This document shows positions 1 to 9,682 of a DNA stretch of 64,000 nucleotides, piece by piece. A program made the translations under genes and the position numbers. Source of the DNA: a virus; the IMG/VR virus record IMGVR_UViG_3300046028_005224, positions 1-64,000 of that record; one strand, written 5' to 3'. Under the pieces are notes generated by a model. It was given only the letters and a program-made list of their open reading frames with translations, made no database searches and was not told the DNA's origin. Numbering within the stretch: the first letter of the stretch is position 1; each line of letters opens with the position of its first letter.

Positions 1-841
1 AGATTGTTAGTTTCTCCGACCCAACTACAATTTTTTCTGATGTAATATCCTTAACGTGTAAAGTTGCGTCGGAATGTTTCCATGCGGTTAATTGAACTGT
101 GATAGAATTTTCATCTACAAGATCTTTCCAATACTCAGGAAGATAGATGATGTGTTCACCTTCAAGTTTCCCTCTATAAAATACAGCAATCTCTGGCCCC
201 TCAATCGCAACATGTCTAAGACGATGATTTGGTTTTGATGGGTGTGGAATATCAAAAGGCTTTGCTGGTAATGCTTTTGCCAGATTAACTTCTGTTGTTA
301 CATCACCAAGTCCAGTAATTGTAATACCAGTGTTAGCTGTGATTCTAGCGTTAGCAGTAATCGCACCATTTGAAGTAATTGTGCCTGTAAAAATTGCATC
401 CTTAAATGTTGCAAACTTCTCAACAAAAGCTACGCCATTAACATTCAATAAAGTCTTAATGTAAGTTGGAGCAAGAACGTCAACAAGACTTCCTTTGATT
501 GTTGTTAAAGGACTTGTTAATGTTGTTGCTGTTGTGGCTAAGATGTTGTGGTTGATGGCACTGGCTTGCAAACCAATTCCAGGAAACGGAGCAACTCCAT
601 CACCTAAGGCGCTGATTTTTAATGCAGCTCCTCCTGGTGTATTCGTTGATGGAATAATATTAACAACTGCAGTCTTAGGGAATGCAGGCCCCATAATTCC
701 ATCAATCAAAGTTCCACCAACAATCAAAGGCCCGTTAATGGTTGCAAGACCTGGAAGAACTGTAGGATTCTTAGGAATAAAAGTTGGATCTGAAAGTCCA
801 ACATGCAAAGTATTTTCTGCTGCTATCGAAGGAAAATTCAT
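1..841 (-). CDS. Tail/baseplate-associated protein with C-terminal KPFDIPHP...LRH...EGPE (S74 chaperone-like) region; truncated at window edge
   Basis: Manual translation from ATG at 841: MNFPSIAAENTLHVG...AKPFDIPHPSKPNHRLRHVAIEGPEIAVFYRGKL, open to position 1; not in ORF track. Confidence 0.6.
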   Translation of the reverse strand, partial: MNFPSIAAENTLHVGLSDPTFIPKNPTVLPGLATINGPLIVGGTLIDGIMGPAFPKTAVVNIIPSTNTPGGAALKISALGDGVAPFPGIGLQASAINHNILATTATTLTSPLTTIKGSLVDVLAPTYIKTLLNVNGVAFVEKFATFKDAIFTGTITSNGAITANARITANTGITITGLGDVTTEVNLAKALPAKPFDIPHPSKPNHRLRHVAIEGPEIAVFYRGKLEGEHIIYLPEYWKDLVDENSITVQLTAWKHSDATLHVKDITSEKIVVGSEKLTI

Positions 842-845
842 AATG

Positions 846-1424
846 TTATCCGATTCCAGTTAAACTTTTTAATAATGTTCCAGTGGCTCCAAGTATTCCC
901 TTAGATAAATCTAAAGTCGATCCGCCAGTGGACATACTGCCTGCAATATTTAAAAATGTTTGCCCAGCAATATCCATTGCAAGACTAGCATTCATTGTCA
1001 CATTTGTACCTGAAATTTTAATTGTATCATAAGATGATATATTGATATCATTTGTTGCAAGTATATCTATGTTGCCATTTGATTGATCTTCTGTTTCAGG
1101 ACCTGATGCAGAAATGACTACGTTTCTACCAGACAAATATAGTGTTCCCTGTGGCGCTTCAATAACTACATCACCTTTCTTAGCGCAAATCCATTTGGCT
1201 GGAATGTGTGGCTGTTTAGCATCGGCATTAGCTTGCAGCTCTGTTCCAACAACTTCAACAGAAACACCACTGACAACTTTAACATTTCTACCATCATCCA
1301 TCCCGTAAATTTCACCATCACCATTTTCACAGATCAGTGCATAATTTACTTTACCATGAATAGGCATGGTATTACCACTGTCTATTCTGTAACGCTTTTT
1401 TATTGTAGTTTTTACTTTACTCAT
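846..1424 (-). CDS. Baseplate spike-associated protein (gp5 C-terminal beta-helix-like)
   Basis: Repetitive GDVVIEA/GNIDILA/NDINISS beta-strand pattern; directly follows gp5; start MSKVK overlaps gp5 stop. Confidence 0.5.
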   Translation of the reverse strand: MSKVKTTIKKRYRIDSGNTMPIHGKVNYALICENGDGEIYGMDDGRNVKVVSGVSVEVVGTELQANADAKQPHIPAKWICAKKGDVVIEAPQGTLYLSGRNVVISASGPETEDQSNGNIDILATNDINISSYDTIKISGTNVTMNASLAMDIAGQTFLNIAGSMSTGGSTLDLSKGILGATGTLLKSLTGIG

Positions 1425-3526
1425 CTCTGTACACAATCAACAACTTGAATCACTCTTCCAACTCCTAATGCACCAGCATCTTCTTTATTTACCTCAATAA
1501 AATCAAAGGTTGGTTTGACCTTTGCACCAGCACCAGTCAGACTTACTAATAATAGTTCTGGCAGTTCAGTAAATCCTGATCCAGGTGCAACAACATCAAT
1601 GTTTAAAATAGATCCATTAGGCCCGTAAGTAATTTGGAACTCAGGTAAGGTGACTAAACCAATATCGTTATCACCAGGAATAACTACGATTGAAGTATCC
1701 TCACCATAACCAACACCAATATTATCTACATTAACACCATTGAATTGTGTTACATAAGAATTGGCGTTAGCATCTGTACTGCCATCAGAAGGTGCAGGTG
1801 CAGGCTCCGATCCATAGGTTTGTACGGTTTGAGTATTTAAATAACCAGATCCAGGTTCATCGATAACAATACTTGTTACCTGCCCACCATTAATAATCGC
1901 TCTTCCTCTAGCATTTTGTCCATTATTACATGAATCAATGAACGAAACATAAGGAGGTTCAAAATAACCACCGCCGCCATTAAGAATATTAGCACCAATA
2001 ACTTGCCCAAGATTGTTTACAATCGCAGTTGCTGATGCACCATTACCACCGCCACCTAAGATTGCAATTGATGGAGGCCCGCATCTTAAAACATCTGGAG
2101 TGCAGCTTCCAAAGCTTAAGTCAACATCCTCAAGCCCAAGATCCTTATAAAGATCACTCTTTAAATTCTTAAGACCACCAACACCTGCTTGCTTTAATAT
2201 CTTGTTGAAGTTATCAATTTCTTTTTGTGAGGGGCCATATCTAGTGGTATAGCTTTGTGGAGGTGTGCAATTTCTTGGTTCACAATTAAATAGATTTTTA
2301 ATGAACCCAACAACATTCATTGCCTTGGCAAGAATATCATTTGCATTACCTAGTGCTCCACCTAAGAAATTACTTAACTGTTGAAGTGTAGGGCCAACTG
2401 CATCTGCTAAAGAATTGAACATGCTGTTTAGCATTTGTCCGACAAAATTTTCTACTAAGCAAGTTGCAGTTCCTAAGACTTGACCAACCAACGACTTTAA
2501 TTGATTGACAACATAAGTAAATATCTTTTTGATAAACTTTTTGAACAAACAATATATTGTGGACATGTATGTTCTGATGACTTGTCCAGCAGCATTTTGT
2601 TTTGGTTTTGGAAACAGATCTGCAATCAACTTATCCATTTTCTTGGAATACTCATCAAATAACCATTTCATTCCAAGCTTAACCATGTCAGTGAATAGAG
2701 AAGCAATCTCCATTCCTGTCTCTCTAATTTCACTTTCAATGTTGCCTAACTTATTTGCAATACCACCAACATAAAGATTTGCATAAGCCTGATAGCCTTC
2801 TAATCTTGCTAGGAAATCTTCCAACTTATCTGTAATCTTAGAAATCTTATCTGACTTACATGGATTAGGTGGATTAGATTTAATATCACTCCTCTTGGCA
2901 AAACTTCCTGCTGCCTGGTCAACATTTTTATCAGTGGTTCTGGAGATTTTTTCTATACCAGACTTAGATACGCTCGTGGAAACACCAACGTTAGCAGGAT
3001 TTCCTACACCAGTTCCTACATTCTGTCCACCATTGGCAGGTGGAACTGGAATTTGATGAGCACCTAATTCTCCAGGAGATACTGGTAAAAATTCAGAACT
3101 ATTTTTGGACGCTACTTGTGCAGATGTAATTAAGTCACTAATGTTAGATCCTTTATACAAAGATCCAATGATAACTGGTTGCTGACCATCATCACCATCT
3201 AAAAAGAAGCCAAATACAGTCTCTCCACCTTGATACTCATGAGAATCACCTTGAGACAATACCCCATTGGCAACTCCAGGTGGAACTAATACATGTGCCC
3301 AAGGTAAATCAGCATCTGGTAGTTGACCACCTTCTTTAGTATGATAACCAAATATTCTTACCTTTACTCTGTTATAATATTCTGGTGGTTTTTTGCCGTT
3401 GATGATGTCTTGACCAGACCACTTACCAGTGGTAGGTAAAACAACCACGCCAAGCCACCACACGAAACCATCCCTTCCAAGGTAGTGTGTTCTAATTAGT
3501 TGGTTGGATGATTGATCAAGAAACAT
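1421..3526 (-). CDS. gp5: Baseplate hub subunit gp5 (OB-fold N-terminus, cyanophage type)
   Basis: GRDGFVWWLG...RVKVRIFGYHT...LPWAHV...GETVFGFFLDGDDGQQPVIIG motif of gp5 N-terminal domain. Confidence 0.85.
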   Translation of the reverse strand: MFLDQSSNQLIRTHYLGRDGFVWWLGVVVLPTTGKWSGQDIINGKKPPEYYNRVKVRIFGYHTKEGGQLPDADLPWAHVLVPPGVANGVLSQGDSHEYQGGETVFGFFLDGDDGQQPVIIGSLYKGSNISDLITSAQVASKNSSEFLPVSPGELGAHQIPVPPANGGQNVGTGVGNPANVGVSTSVSKSGIEKISRTTDKNVDQAAGSFAKRSDIKSNPPNPCKSDKISKITDKLEDFLARLEGYQAYANLYVGGIANKLGNIESEIRETGMEIASLFTDMVKLGMKWLFDEYSKKMDKLIADLFPKPKQNAAGQVIRTYMSTIYCLFKKFIKKIFTYVVNQLKSLVGQVLGTATCLVENFVGQMLNSMFNSLADAVGPTLQQLSNFLGGALGNANDILAKAMNVVGFIKNLFNCEPRNCTPPQSYTTRYGPSQKEIDNFNKILKQAGVGGLKNLKSDLYKDLGLEDVDLSFGSCTPDVLRCGPPSIAILGGGGNGASATAIVNNLGQVIGANILNGGGGYFEPPYVSFIDSCNNGQNARGRAIINGGQVTSIVIDEPGSGYLNTQTVQTYGSEPAPAPSDGSTDANANSYVTQFNGVNVDNIGVGYGEDTSIVVIPGDNDIGLVTLPEFQITYGPNGSILNIDVVAPGSGFTELPELLLVSLTGAGAKVKPTFDFIEVNKEDAGALGVGRVIQVVDCVQR

Positions 3527-3738
3527 TAGTCTTCGTATACTTTACACTCTAAAGCATTAGGATTAGCGTCACAAAATAATTCTAATGGGGTTGGATCATG
3601 ATCATCTTCAGGATGACGCTCATGATATTTTTGAAGATCTTCTAATTCACCCTCAATATGGCGGCGCATTTGTGGGGAAACTGTGGGATCACTTAAAATT
3701 TCTTTATCCTTTTGGATATGTTGTTGAATGTTTTCCAT
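3526..3738 (-). CDS. cp12: Phage CP12 Calvin cycle inhibitor
   Basis: C-terminal DPTPLELFCDANPNALECKVYED CP12 motif, 70 aa. Confidence 0.9.
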   Translation of the reverse strand: MENIQQHIQKDKEILSDPTVSPQMRRHIEGELEDLQKYHERHPEDDHDPTPLELFCDANPNALECKVYED

Positions 3739-3739
3739 T

Positions 3740-5020
3740 TTATGCTAATTGCGTTTTAATGTCATATGAATCTTTAACCAATTCAAGCGCAGTGTAACAA
3801 TCCTTCCCAGAAAACGCATGGTGTAATGCCGTTATCATATAGCGACCAGAACTAATTGATTCGTAATTTTTATTTTGCATTTGGGAAGCTGTCTCGGGTA
3901 TTCTACACTCTATAATTTGACCTGCTCTTAATGAAGGATTACATGGAATAGTAATTTTTAATATCTGAGAGAATAAAAGATTGTACCTTACGACAGCTTC
4001 TGCTTGATATTTAGGTAGGTCTGGATACAAAGAATCTTTGCTTAACTTTCCAGTCTTATCTAATGCACCAACATCTAAAGTTCTAACAAAATATCTAGAT
4101 GGGAAATCTTGCATGTTCCCTGGCAGTGGTGGATATGTATCTGTAAGATTACCTGATGAGGTTACAATCTCACCATTATACTTCTGTTTTAATTGAAAGT
4201 CAACAAACTTAGGTTCATTTGTATACAGATTGTAAAACAAACTTTTGTTTGCATACATTCCCAAACGCAATGAATTCAATACATCATTGTTCTTTTCAAT
4301 ATACGAATTTAATATCCTGTATTTGTTAGCAACACGATTTGCATTTGTAACATCTTCCTGAGTATAGATTGGAACATTAGTTCCGCCTTTTAATAGTGTG
4401 TTAATACTTTTAAATACAAATCCATCTTGTGTTTCAAAGAAAAAATATCCTGGTGATTTTTTGTCAGGCGCTACAGCTTTAGGACATAAGAAGTTAAGTA
4501 AATCAAATGGTCTTTTATTATTTCCTACAAAAGAATAATTATTAGAACTCTTCTCGGTTACAATTGTTTTATTACTTTTTAATTGGCGGAATATTTTTTC
4601 TGCACTGACTCCTACGTTACCATCAAATCGATTTGGAACTCTAACAATTTCATTCATTAGAGTTTCATAACTAGTCAACTCTAAATTGTAAACACTTTTT
4701 GTAGATTCTCTTAAAGATTGTATCGTTCTAATTCTCAATCCTTTTCCTGGAGTAGAAAAATTAATCTCTCCACCTTGAAAATCTGGCACATTAATTGATC
4801 CTAATAGTTCTTCTCCACCATATAATTCAAGTCCAGAACTTTTAGTAATATCAATTATAGCAAAACTAATTCTTGCTGTAACCCCTGGCGATAATACGTT
4901 TTCATAAAAAGAAAAACTCGCAATGGATTTTGCACCTAAATCAATCTCCTTTAAATTAGAACTTGATTTAAGTGGTTTTATTTTAAAGCTGCCATATTCA
5001 AAACTATTTTCTGCAGACAT
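3740..5020 (-). CDS. Baseplate hub structural protein (gp27-like)
   Basis: FYENVLSP...YFFFETQDGFVFKSI...LRAGQII...SGRYMITALHH pattern; position in baseplate operon. Confidence 0.55.
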   Translation of the reverse strand: MSAENSFEYGSFKIKPLKSSSNLKEIDLGAKSIASFSFYENVLSPGVTARISFAIIDITKSSGLELYGGEELLGSINVPDFQGGEINFSTPGKGLRIRTIQSLRESTKSVYNLELTSYETLMNEIVRVPNRFDGNVGVSAEKIFRQLKSNKTIVTEKSSNNYSFVGNNKRPFDLLNFLCPKAVAPDKKSPGYFFFETQDGFVFKSINTLLKGGTNVPIYTQEDVTNANRVANKYRILNSYIEKNNDVLNSLRLGMYANKSLFYNLYTNEPKFVDFQLKQKYNGEIVTSSGNLTDTYPPLPGNMQDFPSRYFVRTLDVGALDKTGKLSKDSLYPDLPKYQAEAVVRYNLLFSQILKITIPCNPSLRAGQIIECRIPETASQMQNKNYESISSGRYMITALHHAFSGKDCYTALELVKDSYDIKTQLA

Positions 5021-6003
5021 TAACCAGTGGGGGTGATGAAGAAAGGATTAGCCGTAATCTTATTTAGTGACAGATTTGGAGGTGTCGTGGGTTCATTTTG
5101 CTTTACTGGTGGTGAAACACTAGGATTATCTGGTGGAGCAACTAATGCTAGTAATAAAGATTCAGGTTCTTCTTTCGTATTATATGAAACAAGATTGTTG
5201 TTTTGATTATTAGTTTTTTTAGTTACTGGTTCAACTTTACTTTGAGGTGTATTAATTGCACTTCCTTTCCATTCAAAATGCCAAGGTTCATTTGATACTG
5301 TTGAATACCAACCATACTGACCACCATATCTTCGGATCCATTGTTGTGCTCCTGGTGAACTAATATCAATTGCAATTCCCCAACCATGTGCAGAAGTTCC
5401 TGGTGGTGCAGCTCCTGGATTTGTTGGACTCCATGTTCCAAGTTCTTCCTCTAACTTTGCCTGTTCTTCATAAGTTCTATAAGCACTTGACAATTTAAAA
5501 TATACTTTATTTCTGGCGGCGGCAGCTTTCATTTGCAAGTAAGATTCTGCTGCTGGAGCCCATAGTTTAAACCCATCACCTACATCTCTTAATTGATCTG
5601 GTTTTAATCTTCCATTTGAACCGTCTGGTTTAGTTTCTTGCTGCTCCTGTATCTCTTCACTAATAACCATTGAGGCAACACCAGTTCCCAAAAATGTCTG
5701 GAGAATTTCTTTATTAAAACTTGTTTCTTGAGCAATTTCTGCCTTTTGTTTTTCTTCCTGTTGTCTCCTTTCATCTATTCTTTCAAGATCAGTTTTTTGT
5801 ATTTGATTTGTTCTTTGCAATTCCTTTTCAAGTTCATGAGAACGTTTTTTTAATTGTTTTAATAAAGATAAATTACTTTTAATTAGTTTAGATGTTTTAA
5901 TATAATCATACTTTGTTTTATCAATAAAGACAGTGATATCTTGTACTCTATCTTTTACAATATCAATATCTTTACTAATGGTTTCCGCAGTTATTTTTGC
6001 CAT
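5020..6003 (-). CDS. Coiled-coil tail protein with VanY/M15B D,D-peptidase domain
   Basis: SAYRTYEEQ...APPGTSAHGWGIAIDI...EPWHFEW zinc-peptidase motif after N-terminal coiled coil. Confidence 0.8.
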   Translation of the reverse strand: MAKITAETISKDIDIVKDRVQDITVFIDKTKYDYIKTSKLIKSNLSLLKQLKKRSHELEKELQRTNQIQKTDLERIDERRQQEEKQKAEIAQETSFNKEILQTFLGTGVASMVISEEIQEQQETKPDGSNGRLKPDQLRDVGDGFKLWAPAAESYLQMKAAAARNKVYFKLSSAYRTYEEQAKLEEELGTWSPTNPGAAPPGTSAHGWGIAIDISSPGAQQWIRRYGGQYGWYSTVSNEPWHFEWKGSAINTPQSKVEPVTKKTNNQNNNLVSYNTKEEPESLLLALVAPPDNPSVSPPVKQNEPTTPPNLSLNKITANPFFITPTG

Positions 6004-6005
6004 AT

Positions 6006-7334
6006 CTACGCTTGCTTAACAGCATTGAGATTGATTGCTGTTGCAATTGGATAAGGATCTTTAGGATTTGTTGCTGGAAGAATAGGAGCAGATGCATGAG
6101 ATGTTGTTGGTGCTCCCCCAGTTCCTTCAGGAATTGTTGGTGATTTAGTTGGAGCATTTAATAATGCTATTTGTGGTGACATGGCTTTGCCACCAGTTTC
6201 TTGTGCTAAAACTTGAGCATTTAATTTTTCTTGCTGAACACTAATCATAGTTCCTGGGGAAGATATTTGTGCTACTTGTGGTGGATCACCTGTTGCCCCT
6301 CTGCCTTTCATTTTGCTTGATTGATTACCAAGATCCTTAAATTTATCAAACGTATTAATTGTGTTTAATCTTTCTAATGATTTTTCTTCTTTGTTTGCAG
6401 GGTTTTCAAAATTTATTGTAAAATCCTTTGATGCATCTGCTGGTGTTGCAAAAGATTTTTTCAAATATGTTTTCATCGCTGGCTCAGACAGTGCATAATC
6501 AACCTGACCTTTCCAATCTTTTGCCCAATCTGTGCCTACAGATTTAAACATTGTTTGAGCACGTCCACCACCCAAATTAAATTGAAACAATCCAAAAGAA
6601 TTAGGTTTTCCATTTTCATAATCTCCCATTGCACCAGAATCAAATCCAGATTCATGTTCAATGTTGTTTAATATTCCAACTGCATGTGTATGACTAATGC
6701 CTTTTGAAATTAAATAATGATATATTTCTTGGGCTCGTACTGGATTAGAAATAGGCTCTCCACCAATAAATTGATTTAAATCTTCTTCATCTTTCCCCCG
6801 CATCATTCCAGATATTCCAACACCAAAACCCAAAGCCGAAATTAGCGTACCCATTTGACGCTCTTGTTCCATTTCAGCTTGACGTTGCTGCCCTCTTTCT
6901 TCAGCTGCTTTAATTATGTCTTGTGTTGTTGCTTGCAATGCTTGCAATTTAGTAGCTTTAGAAATCTCAGAGCTTCTTTGTTGTTCTTCTTTTACTGATT
7001 GTCTTGCTTCAATATTTCTACCTTTTATATCACCAAGTATTAGAGAAAATAATCCTGAGAGTTGTGAAGTTAATAAATCAACTCTACCAGTTAATCCATC
7101 AACTAATGATTGCAATCTTATCTTTTCTGGATCTTCTTTTAATTGATCTTCCTCATCATTTATATCTATTTCAGTTTTAATAATTCTAAGAAGTCTAGAT
7201 AAATCATCTCCACCAGAATAGACAGCTCGTGTTCTTTGCACACTTGCAGCTGGAGATGCAGCACCTTCAATTACTGCTTCTCCAGCACCAAAAAACTTAC
7301 TTGCGTCTATAGCCTTTGGGGATTCTTCATCCAT
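6006..7334 (-). CDS. Coiled-coil tail protein with phage tail lysozyme (Phage_lysozyme2-like) domain
   Basis: AVGILNNIEHESGF...FGLFQF...GQVDYAL...FENP motif. Confidence 0.75.
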   Translation of the reverse strand: MDEESPKAIDASKFFGAGEAVIEGAASPAASVQRTRAVYSGGDDLSRLLRIIKTEIDINDEEDQLKEDPEKIRLQSLVDGLTGRVDLLTSQLSGLFSLILGDIKGRNIEARQSVKEEQQRSSEISKATKLQALQATTQDIIKAAEERGQQRQAEMEQERQMGTLISALGFGVGISGMMRGKDEEDLNQFIGGEPISNPVRAQEIYHYLISKGISHTHAVGILNNIEHESGFDSGAMGDYENGKPNSFGLFQFNLGGGRAQTMFKSVGTDWAKDWKGQVDYALSEPAMKTYLKKSFATPADASKDFTINFENPANKEEKSLERLNTINTFDKFKDLGNQSSKMKGRGATGDPPQVAQISSPGTMISVQQEKLNAQVLAQETGGKAMSPQIALLNAPTKSPTIPEGTGGAPTTSHASAPILPATNPKDPYPIATAINLNAVKQA

Positions 7335-7505
7335 TTTGTTTTTCTGCTTCCTTTTCTTCTATGTATTGTTTTAGAAGTTCAAGATAGGTTTCTCTTTCCC
7401 AAGGAATCATATTTTCTATTTCAGTAAGAGAATACTTATGAACTTGCATTAGCGCAAAGTTGATCCTGAAATATGTTTCAAGATCTTCTTTGGCTAGGGC
7501 TAGCC
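7327..7505 (-). CDS. gp51: gp51-like baseplate hub assembly catalyst frame, probably reached by -1 frameshift from gp26
   Basis: Manual translation RLALAKEDLETYFRINFALMQVHKYSLTEIENMIPWERETYLELLKQYIEEKEAEKQNG*; YSLTEIENMIPWER motif; not in ORF track. Confidence 0.75.
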
Positions 7506-8225
7506 GAAAAAATCAGTTAAACCCTCCAGAACGATACTATTCTCTTTTCCAGTGTTAGGATTGACTACTTGTAATGTATGACTCAACTTAGGCATTGTTT
7601 TAAAGAACTGTTCAATTTTTTTATATTGCTTGGGAGTTAACTTCTCAACATAATCAATCAGTTCTTTTTCAGTACAGTCAGAAGCCATCCAACAATCTTC
7701 TTCATTATAAACGCTTTCCATACATGATGCAATAAGTTTTACAGATCGTTCTACATTCTCTGAAGACTTTTCTGAAACATCAAAGTTGTTTTCAATAAAT
7801 TGATTTAAAGATGGATATTTCATTTGCCAATGATATCCATTTTCCATATCAATTTTATTGGTATGTCCCTCTAGATATTGAACTTGAATTTCATCTACAA
7901 ATAATGTAACTGGAACTTCTGTTTCACCATCATCACCACAAGTGATTACAAGTTCAATAGACTCGCCAATAGATTTAGCACGAATATTTAAAAACAAGTA
8001 TTCAATATCAAACGAAGGAAGTTCTTCAATTTTAATTCCTTTAGTGAGAATACAATTAGACAATACTTGTTTAATTGCGTCAGTAATTTGTTTTGGATTT
8101 CTAGATTCTAATGCAATGATTAAAACCTTTTCTTCCTTAACAAGGAATGGTCTATATTTGATCTTCTTTTTATTTGATGGAAGAGTCAAATCATATTGTG
8201 GAACAGTATATTCTGGTAATGGCAT
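7500..8225 (-). CDS. gp26: Baseplate hub subunit gp26
   Basis: KYRPFLVKEEK...FDIEYLFLNIRAKSIGE...LEGLTDFF motif. Confidence 0.85.
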   Translation of the reverse strand: MPLPEYTVPQYDLTLPSNKKKIKYRPFLVKEEKVLIIALESRNPKQITDAIKQVLSNCILTKGIKIEELPSFDIEYLFLNIRAKSIGESIELVITCGDDGETEVPVTLFVDEIQVQYLEGHTNKIDMENGYHWQMKYPSLNQFIENNFDVSEKSSENVERSVKLIASCMESVYNEEDCWMASDCTEKELIDYVEKLTPKQYKKIEQFFKTMPKLSHTLQVVNPNTGKENSIVLEGLTDFFG

Positions 8226-8251
8226 ACTATAAGATCAGTTAAATTTATTTA

Positions 8252-9211
8252 TTAGGCATTACCACGACCAAAATTGGTTGCATCTTGTGATCTTTGTCCA
8301 GGACCTTGTGTTTGTTGTGATGGTGTATTTCCACGTATAATTCCATTATTATAATATTCATTTGTCAATGTTCTGCTAAAAGGACTAGTATCAAATGGCT
8401 GTGCTCCAGAAAATTCTTCAAAACCTTGCAATGCATTTCCAGTTGGAACATCAGGAACTGTGATAGCACTATGATATTGTTTAACTGCGCTTAAGTTTCT
8501 TCTAATGATATATCTACTATAGTTAAAGTTAACAGTAAAAGTTAAAATTTCACTTGCCTGATAGCTTACAGGAGAAACAATAATGTTGGATGGATATGCT
8601 TGAATAAATTCATAGCTTAAATATCCACTATTATAACTTTGAATTGTAGTATCATTAACTCGTGTTGTTGTATTTAAATCTTTCTCAAACTTAGTAACAA
8701 GAATTCTTTGGCAATAAGTATTTGGATATCTAAACTTCATAAAATTATTTTCATTTCCAGCAACAGGATAATCCTGTCCTGCTTCTGAGGATGTAACAAC
8801 TCCATCGCCTGAATACAATGGGTTAATAAAATTAATCCACTCTTCAAAAAATCTAATGATCCTATGATTATTGTCAACGTAAAAAGTCATCGTCAATTCG
8901 GGATACTGACGAAGAATAGGATATTTTTCAATTACTCCTTGCCTATTTCCAATCGTATCTGTTGTTTTAAAATTAGGACCAGGAAGAACTGTTCCAGCAC
9001 ATAACAGTTCAATTGCTTCAATCGGATCTAGACCATTGGTTGATGCAGTATCATATATTCCAGCAGCTCGCAACCAACTAACTAATCCAGCATTCCCTGC
9101 AGCTCTATCGCTTAATGGAAATGCTACCTTGTAGTAACTATTAAGAGATACCTTTGAAAAGGTATTCTTTACACTTTCTATTGGAAAATAAAGTCTTGTA
9201 TTACTAGACAC
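8252..9211 (-). CDS. Tail tube family protein (gp19/gp54-like)
   Basis: LTMTFYVD...FFEEWINFI...FIQAYPSNI...LTFTVNFNY tail-tube fold pattern. Confidence 0.6.
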   Translation of the reverse strand: MSSNTRLYFPIESVKNTFSKVSLNSYYKVAFPLSDRAAGNAGLVSWLRAAGIYDTASTNGLDPIEAIELLCAGTVLPGPNFKTTDTIGNRQGVIEKYPILRQYPELTMTFYVDNNHRIIRFFEEWINFINPLYSGDGVVTSSEAGQDYPVAGNENNFMKFRYPNTYCQRILVTKFEKDLNTTTRVNDTTIQSYNSGYLSYEFIQAYPSNIIVSPVSYQASEILTFTVNFNYSRYIIRRNLSAVKQYHSAITVPDVPTGNALQGFEEFSGAQPFDTSPFSRTLTNEYYNNGIIRGNTPSQQTQGPGQRSQDATNFGRGNA

Positions 9212-9238
9212 AAGCTAAATATTTGGGGTATCTATACT

Positions 9239-9682
9239 ATGTATATGTATTATCAAGGGAAATTTTCGCCCAAGAATTATCAAAAGTATAAAGGAGATCC
9301 TACAAATATATTTTATAGGTCTTCCTGGGAGTTAGTTTTCATGAAATACTGTGATGAGAATTCAAATGTTTTGGAGTGGGGAAGTGAAGAGATTGTAATA
9401 CCTTATCGTTCTCCATTGGACAATAGATATCACAGGTACTTTGTGGATTTTTATATTAAAGTCAAAGAAAAAACTGGAGTTGTAAAAAAATATTTGATTG
9501 AGATTAAACCAAAGAAACAAGTTATTGGCCCTGTCCAAAATCCTAAAAGAAAAACTCAGCACTGGAAAAAAAGTGTTTTTGAGTATGCAAAGAACACTGC
9601 TAAATGGGAGGCTGCAAAAGAGTGGTGTGAGGACAGAATGATGACATTCAAGATTTTGACTGAAGAGGATCTTGGATTATGA
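9239..9682 (+). CDS. gp4: Head completion protein gp4
   Basis: KYKGDPTNIFYRSSWE...WGSEEIVIPY...HRYFVDF...EIKPKKQ...KWEAA motif. Confidence 0.9.
   Translation: MYMYYQGKFSPKNYQKYKGDPTNIFYRSSWELVFMKYCDENSNVLEWGSEEIVIPYRSPLDNRYHRYFVDFYIKVKEKTGVVKKYLIEIKPKKQVIGPVQNPKRKTQHWKKSVFEYAKNTAKWEAAKEWCEDRMMTFKILTEEDLGL

Noticed and set aside
7327-7340. In-frame fusion of the gp51 frame to the downstream tail lysozyme
   Set aside because: Careful reading gives AAT GGA TGA: a stop overlapping the next ATG in another frame, i.e. coupling rather than fusion
9239-9682. TnsA-like endonuclease suggesting a Tn7-type element
   Set aside because: This is the T4 gp4 head completion protein in its normal context; no transposon genes or ends seen
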